From Planctomycetota bacterium (GTDB taxonomy: Bacteria > Planctomycetota > Phycisphaerae > UBA1845): a stretch of DNA of 31,688 nucleotides. This document shows positions 23,947-31,688 of the stretch, piece by piece. The stretch is from NCBI GenBank assembly GCA_024277835.1, contig JAJRUK010000295.1, positions 1 through 31,688 on the forward strand, read 5' to 3'. The translations under genes were made by a program, and so were the position numbers. Under the pieces are notes generated by a model. That model made no database searches. It was not told the DNA's origin and saw only the letters and a list, made by a program, of their open reading frames with translations. The stretch's first letter is position 1. The number at the start of each line of letters is the position of its first letter.

Positions 23947-26193
23947 TTACCTGCGACGTCTTGCTTTTCCCCTAGATGCTCGCCTTGTTCTTTGTCTACC
24001 ATCACGTTTACCGCGATCGCGGTTCCCTTTGCCTCGCGCGCCGTCCGGAGATACGATGGACGACATAACAAGCGATAAATCTAACTGACGCGTCCGAACA
24101 TCAACTTTAGCGAGAACCACCTGCAGTCGGTCGCCAATCGCAATCCGAATGCCGCTCCGCTCACCAAAGACCGCGCCACCACCAGAGGCAAGCTCCCACC
24201 AGTCGTCCGGCAGCGATTCAAACCGGACCAACCCGTCAATCAAATACTTATCGAGTTGCACGAAGACTCCCATCTTCGCCACACCGGTCACGATCCCCTT
24301 AAACTCATCACCAACCCGATCGGCAAGAAGCTGGAGTGTCAAAATTGTCCTTAACTCGCGTTCGGCACTTTCTGCGCGACGTTCGTTGGCGCTGCACTGA
24401 CTGCCTAACTCGGTCAGCTCCTCCACACTTGGAACATGTTTGCGCTTTTGCTCCCGCTTCAATTCTCCGCGAGCATAGAGGTCAACGAGGCGGTGAATAG
24501 TCAGGTCCGGGTAGCGGCGGATCGGGGAAGTGAAGTGGCAATAATGCTCGCTGGCGAGGGCGAAGTGGCCTACCAGTAGCGGCGAATACTCCGCCTGCCG
24601 CATCGATCGCAAGACGGCAAAGTGAAGGGGATACGCTTCGGGCTTGCCGCGTACGCTATCTAGGAGGGCTTGCAGTGCGAACCGATCCGCCCCGCTCTCA
24701 AGATCATACCCGAGCATTCGCAAGAGCTTCTGCAAACTGCCGTCGGCGAGTTCGGGAGGCGCATCGTGAATCCTACGAAGATGCGGCACCTTAAGTTCGG
24801 TTAGCGTGCGCGAGACCGCCTCGTTCGCCTCGACCATGAACATTTCGATAATCGTATGCGAGAAACTCGTGTCGGCGGGAACGACATCAACCGCGTGCCC
24901 TTGTTTATCAAAGACAAGCTCCGCGTCGGGAATCTCAAGCTGCAACATGCCATCCTTAAGGCGACGCTTTCGGATGCGGCGGGCAAGCTTGTCCATCTCC
25001 TTAATAAGAGCGACGACCTTCGCGCTGGTGCGACCAGGCTTGCCGCCCAGAACCTGCGTTACTTGATCGTAGGTGAGACGCTTGGTCGACTTGATCACGG
25101 TGTTGGCGAGTCTTGTCTCTTTGACGTTCCCGTGAGAATCGTAGGTGATAAAGGCGCTCTTGGTCAGGCGAGCTTCGCGTTCCTGCAATGAACAAACGCC
25201 GTTCGACAAAACCTCGGGCAACATTGGAATCACGGTGCGAGGCAGATAGACGCTGGTCGTTCGTTTCTTCGCTTCCTCGTCGATCGGACCATCTTCGCGA
25301 ACGAAGTGGGCGACGTCCGCAATGTGGATGCCCAGCTCGACGCAATCGCGAGCGAGTGTCTTGATTGAGATGGCGTCGTCGAAGTCGCGGGCGTCGGTGG
25401 GGTCGATGGTCAAAATGGTCTCACCCCGTAAGTCATCGCGATGCAGCAACTCCTTCTCGACATCGAACGCGGTTGCGACCTTTGCTGCGGCTGTTTCGAC
25501 GAGCGGCGGAAAAGCTGTGGGAAGTTGATACTGCTCGATGATACCCAGTGTTTCGATGCCGGGTTGACCAAGGTCGCCGAGGACTTTGACGATAACCCCG
25601 CGGGCGGGTCGGTTGTCCTTGGGAAACTGCGTGACCTCAACGACGACCTTTTGGCCCGGGCTTGCATTCTTGGCGCGAGCGTCCGGGACAAAAATCGGCG
25701 CATGGAACGTAGTCCCGTCCGGGATAACCGACAGCTTCCCCGCGTTGTCGCGCAATTCTCCGACGAATCGGTTTTGCCCGCGTTCTAAAATCTCGACAAC
25801 GCGGGCGTCGTAGACCGTGACGCCTTGCCGCTTGCCCTTTTTCTTCACGGACACAACGACGCGATCGCCGGTCATGGCCCCACTGGAACCCCCGCGCGGG
25901 ATGTACAAATCGCCGTGGGCATTGCGTTCTTCCGGAATCACAAAGCCGAATCCACGCAGATTCGCTCGATATTCTCCGATCAAGCGAGGTCTAGGCGGCG
26001 GAAGCGTCAAGAGTCCCCGCGCAGCGAGGACAATGCGCCCCTCTTTCCTCAGCAGTTTACACGCATCGGAGAAATCGCCCTGTTCGTCAACATCGATCGC
26101 CAGCGCAATAGCGATCTCTTCAAGCAACTGTGGGGAATACCCCTTCGCGCCGACGAATCGAAGAATGCGCTCGGCAAAGTCGCTGGTTGGCAT
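23947..26193 (-). CDS. rnr: Ribonuclease R
   Basis: GFGFV cold-shock domains, TIDPTDARDFDDAIS catalytic motif, HFTSPIRRYPDL, C-terminal S1 domain and basic tail. Confidence 0.93.
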   Translation of the reverse strand: MPTSDFAERILRFVGAKGYSPQLLEEIAIALAIDVDEQGDFSDACKLLRKEGRIVLAARGLLTLPPPRPRLIGEYRANLRGFGFVIPEERNAHGDLYIPRGGSSGAMTGDRVVVSVKKKGKRQGVTVYDARVVEILERGQNRFVGELRDNAGKLSVIPDGTTFHAPIFVPDARAKNASPGQKVVVEVTQFPKDNRPARGVIVKVLGDLGQPGIETLGIIEQYQLPTAFPPLVETAAAKVATAFDVEKELLHRDDLRGETILTIDPTDARDFDDAISIKTLARDCVELGIHIADVAHFVREDGPIDEEAKKRTTSVYLPRTVIPMLPEVLSNGVCSLQEREARLTKSAFITYDSHGNVKETRLANTVIKSTKRLTYDQVTQVLGGKPGRTSAKVVALIKEMDKLARRIRKRRLKDGMLQLEIPDAELVFDKQGHAVDVVPADTSFSHTIIEMFMVEANEAVSRTLTELKVPHLRRIHDAPPELADGSLQKLLRMLGYDLESGADRFALQALLDSVRGKPEAYPLHFAVLRSMRQAEYSPLLVGHFALASEHYCHFTSPIRRYPDLTIHRLVDLYARGELKREQKRKHVPSVEELTELGSQCSANERRAESAERELRTILTLQLLADRVGDEFKGIVTGVAKMGVFVQLDKYLIDGLVRFESLPDDWWELASGGGAVFGERSGIRIAIGDRLQVVLAKVDVRTRQLDLSLVMSSIVSPDGARGKGNRDRGKRDGRQRTRRASRGKARRRR

Positions 26194-26273
26194 ATAATGC
26201 TCCGGGTTAGCGACTGTGTTGGAATCGTGGTGATCCCCAACGCAACCGCCACGTACAAAGAAGTGAGAACCTC

Positions 26274-26609
26274 ATGGAAGACATCCTAGAACTCGCATCG
26301 AAACTTGGCAAACGGATCGCCAGCGACGATCGGGCGACCGCCTTCACAAAAGCACGCCAGGCACTCGAGGCCAACCTCGAAGCGAGACAACTACTCGCCG
26401 ATTACGAGGAATCGCAGCACAAGATCGCCGAACTGGAGGCGACTGGCAAACCGCTCGAACCCGACGACAAGCGCAAGATGGCAGACCTGCATTCAAAGGT
26501 CGTCGGAAACGAAGTGCTCAAAGACCTGCTCAAGACCCAAACCGACTTCCTTCAAATGATGACGCTCGTCTCCCAGAAGATCGAATCCGAAGCGATAGGC
26601 AGCGGTTAG
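26274..26609 (+). CDS. YlbF/YmcA-family protein
   Basis: 111-aa all-helical protein with LGKRI, a KPLEPDDKR turn and final NEVLKDLLKTQTDFLQMMTLV helix typical of the family. Confidence 0.7.
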   Translation: MEDILELASKLGKRIASDDRATAFTKARQALEANLEARQLLADYEESQHKIAELEATGKPLEPDDKRKMADLHSKVVGNEVLKDLLKTQTDFLQMMTLVSQKIESEAIGSG

Positions 26610-27018
26610 CATCGCATCCTGAGGCAATGCGACCACCATCCGATGACGCCGTGCGCAAATTCCGCGCGATCGAGCACGCTCCTGGAGCTGGTCAGCTCAA
26701 GTCGTACCAGTCAAACACTGCGCCCATAGCGTTTCGCCGATCGAGTCGGCCAATCTGGCGCACAAAAAACTCCCCTCAAGAAAATTCTGCGCTGGCGACG
26801 ATACATGGCATACTTGTTACCCAGTTTGCCTATCTTCGCCATTCGACGCAAAGTCAAATCGGCAAGAAAATCAGACAGGACGGTGAAATCGAAACCGAGT
26901 GGGAGACTCGGCGAGTTTGTTTGAAAAGAGCGGATCGCTCCAGGACCGGGCAGGAGGCCCTTCGTGTCGCAAGGCCTCCTGGTACGGTTCGACGAGACTT
27001 TTGAAGGAGTGTTTCGCA

Positions 27019-27750
27019 ATGGCTAATCCGACGATCGTAGATGAGTTCATGGCCCCCCTTTTGGCGGGTAATCGCACCGCGTGTCGCGACTTCGTTTTTG
27101 GGAAGCTTGAGCAGTTCGAGAACCCCGTAGACGCCTACAGCCAACTCTTGTGGCCTTCGATGGAAAAAATCGAAAAGCTCTACAAGGGCGACCGGATCAA
27201 CACCGCGACCGAACACATGGCCACCCGCATTCACCGGGCGATCGCGGATCAGCTGCAAGTGAAACTACACAAAGCGCCCTCTAACGGTAAGAAAATCGTC
27301 ATTATGTGTGCCGAGGCAGAACCGGAAGAGCTTGGGGCACAGATGTGCTCCGACCTGTTCGAATCGAACGGGTGGGAAGTGTACTTCCTGGGTGGCGGCG
27401 TTCCCAACGACGAGGTCTTGACGCTGATCGGTCAGATTCGCCCGGAGATTTTGTTGATCTTCGGAACACAGCCCGCGGGCGTCCCTGGTGTTCGGCGATT
27501 GAACGATATGATCCGGGAAATCGGGGTTAATCCGACGATGAACATCATGGTGGCCGGAGGTGTCTTTAACCGCGCGGATGGGCTTTGGAAGGAAGTAAAC
27601 GCGGATATCATCGCAAAAAACATGGCTCAGGCGCTGCCGCTGGCGACCGAAGCTGAGCCGAAAGACCCCAGCACTATCGTCAAACCTACCACGAAAAAGC
27701 GTCGCCGTCGCCGCCGACTGACACCTCTCGCGGTGGCTGAGGGGGCATAG
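27019..27750 (+). CDS. Cobalamin-binding-fold protein (helical cap + Rossmann domain) lacking the canonical His
   Basis: LLWPSMEKIEKLY...INTATEHMAT cap region, then CAEAEPEELGAQMCSDLFESNGWEVYFLGGGVP and IMVAGG. ATG 27019 has AAGGAG upstream and is preferred over 26899. Confidence 0.8.
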   Translation: MANPTIVDEFMAPLLAGNRTACRDFVFGKLEQFENPVDAYSQLLWPSMEKIEKLYKGDRINTATEHMATRIHRAIADQLQVKLHKAPSNGKKIVIMCAEAEPEELGAQMCSDLFESNGWEVYFLGGGVPNDEVLTLIGQIRPEILLIFGTQPAGVPGVRRLNDMIREIGVNPTMNIMVAGGVFNRADGLWKEVNADIIAKNMAQALPLATEAEPKDPSTIVKPTTKKRRRRRRLTPLAVAEGA

Positions 27751-28063
27751 TTTTCACAGGCGAAGAAGGTGACTCAACCCCCCGCCGAACAATCTCATGT
27801 GAAATGTTGACCGATCGGCGTACTGTGCCGGGCGCGCGGGCGAGTTCGTTTGTACTCGCGCCGATCGCTGCTTGTGTGTCAAAAACATTTCGAGATTCTG
27901 CGGTTGTCGGCGGTCACGACGCGAGATGTTTTTGCATGATGAGCAAACGTCGCGCGTGAGTTCGCTCGGCGGGACTGCGTCACATGAACGCGGCGGTCTC
28001 GCTATTGCTCAGCGTACCAAGCTGCCGATGTGCATTTTGTAAGTAAATTTAAGGGAAAAACGC

Positions 28064-28092
28064 TTGATTGTCGGCGTGAAGTTGATTAGATT
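28064..28092 (+). promoter_or_regulatory. Putative sigma70 promoter of the HU-family gene
   Basis: TTGATT (28064-28069), 17 bp spacer, TAGATT (28087-28092), preceded by an AT-rich UP-like tract. Confidence 0.5.
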
Positions 28093-28152
28093 CCGGCGAA
28101 GCGGGTCAAGGATTGGCAACGCAACGTCACTGATACTGAAAGGAACTTGTCC

Positions 28153-28521
28153 ATGGCAAAGAAGAAGAAAGCAAAGAAAACAACGAAGGCAAAAAAGGGC
28201 GCAAAGGGAATGGTGAAGGGAAAGTCTCGATCCAAGTCTGACATCTTCGGCGCGCTCGCCGAAGCCAACGAGCTTACACGCAAGCAGATTTCCAGCGTGT
28301 TTGAAGAACTATCCGGACTGATTCAAAGCGATATCGGCAAGCGCGGACCGGGCGTGTTTACCGTTCCTGGTCTCATGAAGATCAAGGTTGTTCGCAAACC
28401 CGCGACCAAAGCGCGCAAGGGCATTAACCCGTTTACGGGCGAAGAGATGATGTTCAAAGCAAAGCCCGCACGCAACGTCGTGAAGGTTCAAGCACTCAAG
28501 GGCCTAAAAGAAATGGTCTAG
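28153..28521 (+). CDS. HU-family DNA-binding protein with Lys/Ala-rich N-terminal tail
   Basis: KSDIFGALAEANELTRKQ, PGLMKIKV, ARKGINPFTGEEMMFKAKPARNVVK; ATG 28153 with AAAGGA upstream. Confidence 0.9.
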   Translation: MAKKKKAKKTTKAKKGAKGMVKGKSRSKSDIFGALAEANELTRKQISSVFEELSGLIQSDIGKRGPGVFTVPGLMKIKVVRKPATKARKGINPFTGEEMMFKAKPARNVVKVQALKGLKEMV

Positions 28522-28566
28522 CGCTTCTTCGCTGCAACAACTTGTAGCAAGAAACGATTGAACGTT

Positions 28567-28611
28567 GAAAGCGGCGATGAGAACGATTGTTCTTGTCGCC
28601 GCTTTCTTTTT
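28567..28611 (+). terminator. Intrinsic terminator after the HU-family gene
   Basis: GAAAGCGGCGAtgAGAAC-gatt-GTTCTtgTCGCCGCTTTC long stem followed by TTTTT. Confidence 0.8.
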
Positions 28612-28646
28612 GTTGAGCGACTCGTTCTCTTCGCAAACAGAAGACA

Positions 28647-28677
28647 CCCCCCTGAATCCCCCTTCGTAAGGGGGGAC
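28647..28677 (+). repeat. REP-like C6...G6AC intergenic element, copy 2
   Basis: CCCCCCTGAATCCCCCTTCGTAAGGGGGGAC; related to 4566-4598. Confidence 0.6.
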
Positions 28678-28738
28678 GACGAAGGTCGCAATCTCAGGTC
28701 TAGGCTCCTTTGCGTACAGGATTCTTTACGTAGCTTCT

Positions 28739-28915
28739 CTACGTCTTTTCTTCCTCGGGCGTATCGAAGTTTCGATTGCGTCGCTTGCGAACCGCCTCGC
28801 GCAACAGATACTCGATCTGCGCGTTGACGCTTCGCAACTCGTCTTTCGACCAGCGCTCAAGCTCTGCATGCAACTCGCGCGGGAGTCGAACCAAAAATGA
28901 CTTACGCTCTGCCAT
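28739..28915 (-). CDS. Arc-like ribbon-helix-helix DNA-binding protein
   Basis: [39 protein letters not shown] fits the Arc/RHH pattern (beta strand, RL, RSxNxxI); downstream of SPFH. Start is ATG 28915 or GTG 28924. Confidence 0.8.
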   Translation of the reverse strand: MAERKSFLVRLPRELHAELERWSKDELRSVNAQIEYLLREAVRKRRNRNFDTPEEEKT

Positions 28916-29031
28916 GCGTGCCACGGATCATGATCGTCGCTCGCATCACCGACCAATGGCGAGCGAGCGACGAACATCAGGAAACACTTTATTTATAGTG
29001 TTTTCACACTCACACTTCCGCCGCGGTCTAG

Positions 29032-29148
29032 CAGCCTGTTGATAAACGAAGTTTTTCTATGTGGCACCGGTTTGTAACCGGCGCTAGACCCCGCAACAGG
29101 AGAAATCGCACCGGTTACAAACCGGTGCCACACTTTTTCAACAGGCTG
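29032..29148. mobile_element. MITE-like element (117 bp) with 15-bp terminal inverted repeats, CTAG flanks and an internal inverted REP pair
   Basis: CTAG|CAGCCTGTTGATAAA...TTTTTCAACAGGCTG|CTAG (14/15 inverted match); internal GTGGCACCGGTTTGTAACCGGCGC (29061-29084) and GCACCGGTTACAAACCGGTGCCAC (29108-29131). Confidence 0.7.
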
Positions 29149-29154
29149 CTAGGC

Positions 29155-30054
29155 CTAGTTGTATAGCGTCCCGGCGTTGACCACCGGTTGCGCCGCCTTG
29201 TCCCCGCAGAGCACGACGAGGAGGTTGCTCACCATCGAAGCTTTTCGCTCTTCGTCCAGATGGATCGTATCTTTTTCATCCAACCGCTTGAGCGCCATCT
29301 CGACCATGCCGACAGCCCCATCAACGATCCGCGTACGAGCGGCGACGATCGCTTCGGCTTGCTGACGCTGGAGCATCGCCCCTGCAATCTCCGGTGCGTA
29401 CGCGAGGTGACTGATCCTTGCTTCGCCGACGTGAACGCCCGCTTTGGCGATGCGCTCGGTCAACTCTTTTTCAAGCTGTTCGGACACTTCATCCATGCTT
29501 CCACGCAGCGACAGCTCGTCATCGACGGTCGTATCGTAGGGGTATGCGCTAGCGAGATGACGCAGCGCCGACTCACTTTGCACCGCCACGTAGTCTTCGT
29601 AGTCTTCAACATCAAAGACAGCTTTGGCAGTATCCGTCACTCGCCAAACGACAACAACGGCGATCTCGATTGGGTTGCCGCGTCGGTCGTTTACCTTGAT
29701 CGTACTACCGTTGAGGTTGTGAGCGCGCAACGAAACCTTATTCTTGGTGAGCAGCGGGTTCGCCCACCAGAATCCACTTGCTTTCACGGTCCCTTTGTAC
29801 TTTCCGAACAAGATCAGCACCGTGGCGACGTTTGGTTGCAGGGTGAAGAATCCAAAGAGGCACACGAACCAGACGGTGACCAAAATTGCCAAAAAGACGA
29901 GCGTCCAAATCGCAGCCGTGTCGCCGCCGTTGCTAACGTTCAATCGGTTTACGAGGGTATAAAACCAATACCCAAAGCCCACGATTGCAGCCAGGAACGC
30001 AGGAAGCACGACCCATCCGCTGACTGCTCCGATCTTCTTTTCTGTGTTTTGCAT
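29155..30054 (-). CDS. SPFH / band 7 domain membrane protein
   Basis: Two N-terminal TM helices; LFGKYKGT, GFWWANP, KVNDRRGNPIEIAVVVVW, QSESALR, HLAYAPEIAGAMLQRQQA, VVNAGTLY. ATG 30054 has AAAGGA upstream. Confidence 0.92.
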   Translation of the reverse strand: MQNTEKKIGAVSGWVVLPAFLAAIVGFGYWFYTLVNRLNVSNGGDTAAIWTLVFLAILVTVWFVCLFGFFTLQPNVATVLILFGKYKGTVKASGFWWANPLLTKNKVSLRAHNLNGSTIKVNDRRGNPIEIAVVVVWRVTDTAKAVFDVEDYEDYVAVQSESALRHLASAYPYDTTVDDELSLRGSMDEVSEQLEKELTERIAKAGVHVGEARISHLAYAPEIAGAMLQRQQAEAIVAARTRIVDGAVGMVEMALKRLDEKDTIHLDEERKASMVSNLLVVLCGDKAAQPVVNAGTLYN

Positions 30055-30086
30055 ACCAAGTCCTTTCATATCTTTAATATATCAAA

Positions 30087-30115
30087 ACTATATCACATTT
30101 GAACGAATCACGCAA
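30087..30115 (-). promoter_or_regulatory. Sigma70 promoter of the SPFH gene (extended -10)
   Basis: Minus strand TTGCGT (30115-30110), 17 bp spacer, TATAGT (30092-30087) with TG one base upstream of the -10. Confidence 0.65.
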
Positions 30116-30192
30116 GCCGTCCAACTGGTTTCGTACAATTCTGGACATGAGTTATCGGACGAAAGGCGGCTATACCCGGGTTTTTCGATTTC

Positions 30193-30406
30193 TATGCGTC
30201 TTGAATAACGGACTGATCACGAAGCTGCGGGGACCGAGAACCATGAATTGTTCTTCGACCCGGTTGAGGACGTGTCTTCAAGGCTGGTCGTGCGACAAGG
30301 TGAGGTCGCATCCTTACGGTCGTTGCTCGGTCTATTTGGTCGATCGACTGTGGACAAAGTTTTCTGAACGGGTAGTTATGTTCGCGTCGAAAGACAGATA
30401 CGCATG
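30193..30406 (+). ncRNA. Candidate 6S RNA (ssrS) or other structured RNA upstream of ygfA
   Basis: Nested complementarity found by eye: ATGCGTCT/AGATACGCAT, GAATAAC/GTTATGTTC, GACCGAGAAC (30232-30241)/GTTGCTCGGTC (30322-30332), apical CGACC..TTGAGGA-cgtg-TCTTCAA..GGTCG, side hairpin TGCGAC/GTCGCA, GTC-GAAA-GAC tetraloop. Position matches the known ssrS-ygfA linkage. Confidence 0.45.
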
Positions 30407-30488
30407 GCGGGCTGATGATGGAGGGGTGCGCGGATCGCGCCCGGGCTGATGACATCGCGTTGCCCATTACTATTTTGATGTTGATCCC

Positions 30489-31055
30489 GTGAAACCGGAA
30501 CTCAGGCAACGGCTTCGGAAAGTGATGGCTGGCGTTTCGCCGGAGGAGCTTAACACGCGTTCTCTGCGCGCAGCTCACCGCCTTTTTCAAGAGCCGGAGT
30601 ATATCAAGGCGGAGATCGTGATGGTCTTTTTGTCTATGGAGACAGAGGCAGACACGACCCCGATCGCTTTGAGGTGTTGGCAGGACTCGAAGCGCGTGCT
30701 CGCACCGAAGGTCAGTTGGAACCAGCGGCGGATGCTTCCTTTGGAGATTCGATCGCTGACCGACGACGTTGTTTGTTCCAATATGGGGATTCGCGAACCG
30801 GTCGCGGGGATTCCGTTCCCAGTGAATATGATCGATCTTCTCATCGTTCCCGGACTCGGGTTCGACGAGTATGGAAATCGCCTCGGCCGGGGTCGTGGGT
30901 TTTACGATCGGTTTCTTGCCCATCCCGAATTTCGCGGGGTTGCGTGCGGGGTTTGCCTCGAATCGCAGATCACACCGCGCCTTCCCGTGGGTCCGCTCGA
31001 TCGTGAAGTGGATATGGTCGTGACGGATGCGAGCGTTCGGCGGTTTGGGGAGTAA
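30489..31055 (+). CDS. ygfA: 5-formyltetrahydrofolate cyclo-ligase
   Basis: GIREP, IDLLIVPGLGFDEYGNRLGRGRGFYDRFL, DREVDMVVT; GTG start. Confidence 0.92.
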   Translation: MKPELRQRLRKVMAGVSPEELNTRSLRAAHRLFQEPEYIKAEIVMVFLSMETEADTTPIALRCWQDSKRVLAPKVSWNQRRMLPLEIRSLTDDVVCSNMGIREPVAGIPFPVNMIDLLIVPGLGFDEYGNRLGRGRGFYDRFLAHPEFRGVACGVCLESQITPRLPVGPLDREVDMVVTDASVRRFGE

Positions 31056-31093
31056 ACGTCCAAACGTCGAAAAATCCAAACGTCCAAACCATG
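31054..31093 (+). repeat. Degenerate 8-bp tandem array (AAACGTCC-like x5)
   Basis: aaacgtcc aaacgtcg aaaaatcc aaacgtcc aaaccatg; begins inside the ygfA TAA stop codon. Confidence 0.7.
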
Positions 31094-31298
31094 CGTCCAC
31101 CTGCTGTGGAGCGAGGTTCTGGTCGTTGCGATGCACGGGCGAGCAGCGGTCGCCTGATACTTCAGCGATGCTCGACGACGCGTCCTTCTCAAAAGCACTG
31201 AAACCAACAGCAAGTCTTTACTTGCATCCAACCAAATGACTAATTCGTGAACTGTATCGGGAGAAGGTTACGCTCGACCAAGCTCAAACATCCCCCCC

Positions 31299-31328
31299 TT
31301 GACGAACAGGTGTCAATTCTGGTAAGCT
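31299..31328 (+). promoter_or_regulatory. Putative sigma70 promoter (extended -10)
   Basis: TTGACG (31299-31304), 18 bp spacer, TAAGCT (31323-31328) with TG one base upstream of the -10. Confidence 0.5.
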
Positions 31329-31515
31329 GCGCGACCGGAGATCGTTACCGAGCACCTGCAAAAAACCTTTGAGATGTGACAGCGGGATTGCGCTACGCCC
31401 AAGAGTGAGCAACCACGTTGGGTGGTGCTGGCTGTCTGCCCGGAGTTGCCCACGGTGGCGGCGCGTGCGGATGAGATGCTACACGAACCGGGCTGACGGA
31501 ACGAGGAGAAAGATC

Positions 31516-31688
31516 ATGTTATTGGTGAGACCTAGACGTTTGGCAATCTCTGCTGTCTGCGGAACGATCGCAATACTGGCAGCTTCACCCGCGTCTGCGC
31601 AGGAGTGCTCCAACCAGGGCATCATTGACGCTTGCACATCGCTTTGCGAAATTTCAGCCGATCTTTGTGGCGGGGTATGCGGAGCAGC
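31516..31688 (+). CDS. Secreted cysteine-rich protein, N-terminal fragment (runs off the window)
   Basis: GAGGAG RBS, then MLLVRPRRLAISAVCGTIAILAASPASA-QECSNQGIIDACTSLCEISADLCGGVCGA...; AxA signal peptidase site; five Cys in the first ~29 mature residues. Not in the ORF track. Confidence 0.65.
   Translation, partial: MLLVRPRRLAISAVCGTIAILAASPASAQECSNQGIIDACTSLCEISADLCGGVCGA

Noticed and set aside
26806-26820. Sigma54 promoter TGGCAT-ACTTG-TTAC upstream of the B12-fold gene
   Set aside because: The -12 GC is AC, and there is no supporting activator evidence in the window; too weak to call.
26627-27004. Track ORFs between the YlbF-like and B12-fold genes
   Set aside because: No RBS, motif or coding-like composition; more plausibly a regulatory intergenic region.
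13864-29131. CRISPR interpretation of the GCACCGGTTACAAACCGGTGCCAC repeats
   Set aside because: Copies are dispersed or inverted, not regularly spaced with unique spacers, and no cas genes are present.
29188-31136. ORFs 29188..30102 (+), 30099..30449 (+) and 30192..31136 (-)
   Set aside because: Antisense to SPFH or ygfA, or overlapping the structured-RNA candidate; no recognisable protein features.
31335-31515. c-di-GMP or other known riboswitch in the leader of the last gene
   Set aside because: I could not match the conserved motifs of any riboswitch class I recognise; only generic hairpins are visible.

Overview
About 31.7 kb of GC-rich bacterial chromosome, probably a Planctomycetota/Phycisphaerae-type organism (inferred from gene content and repeat style, not proven). 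Housekeeping content: oleA-oleB, rpsR, thiL-tsaE-rph-(lipoprotein)-rdgB, rnr, an HU-family gene, SPFH plus an Arc-like RHH gene, ygfA with a candidate upstream 6S RNA, and a pdaD / deoxyhypusine-synthase-like / speB polyamine cluster. Most unusual: (1) a small protein combining a textbook Kruppel-type C2H2 zinc finger, an AT-hook-like motif and a probable winged helix; (2) a co-directional envelope cluster (7001-13849) with a membrane-anchored PilB/GspE-like protein whose catalytic motifs are all degenerate, a CvpA fusion, a GT4-fold protein lacking its catalytic motif, and a PDZ-containing MsbA-like exporter with an in-frame TAG at the Ser of LSGGQ; (3) a B12-binding-fold protein lacking the axial His; (4) several intergenic repeat families, including a ~117 bp MITE-like element. 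Two edge-truncated genes are absent from the supplied ORF track: a metzincin-like lipoprotein (left) and a Cys-rich secreted protein (right). All family calls come from motif recognition by eye; no searches were run.
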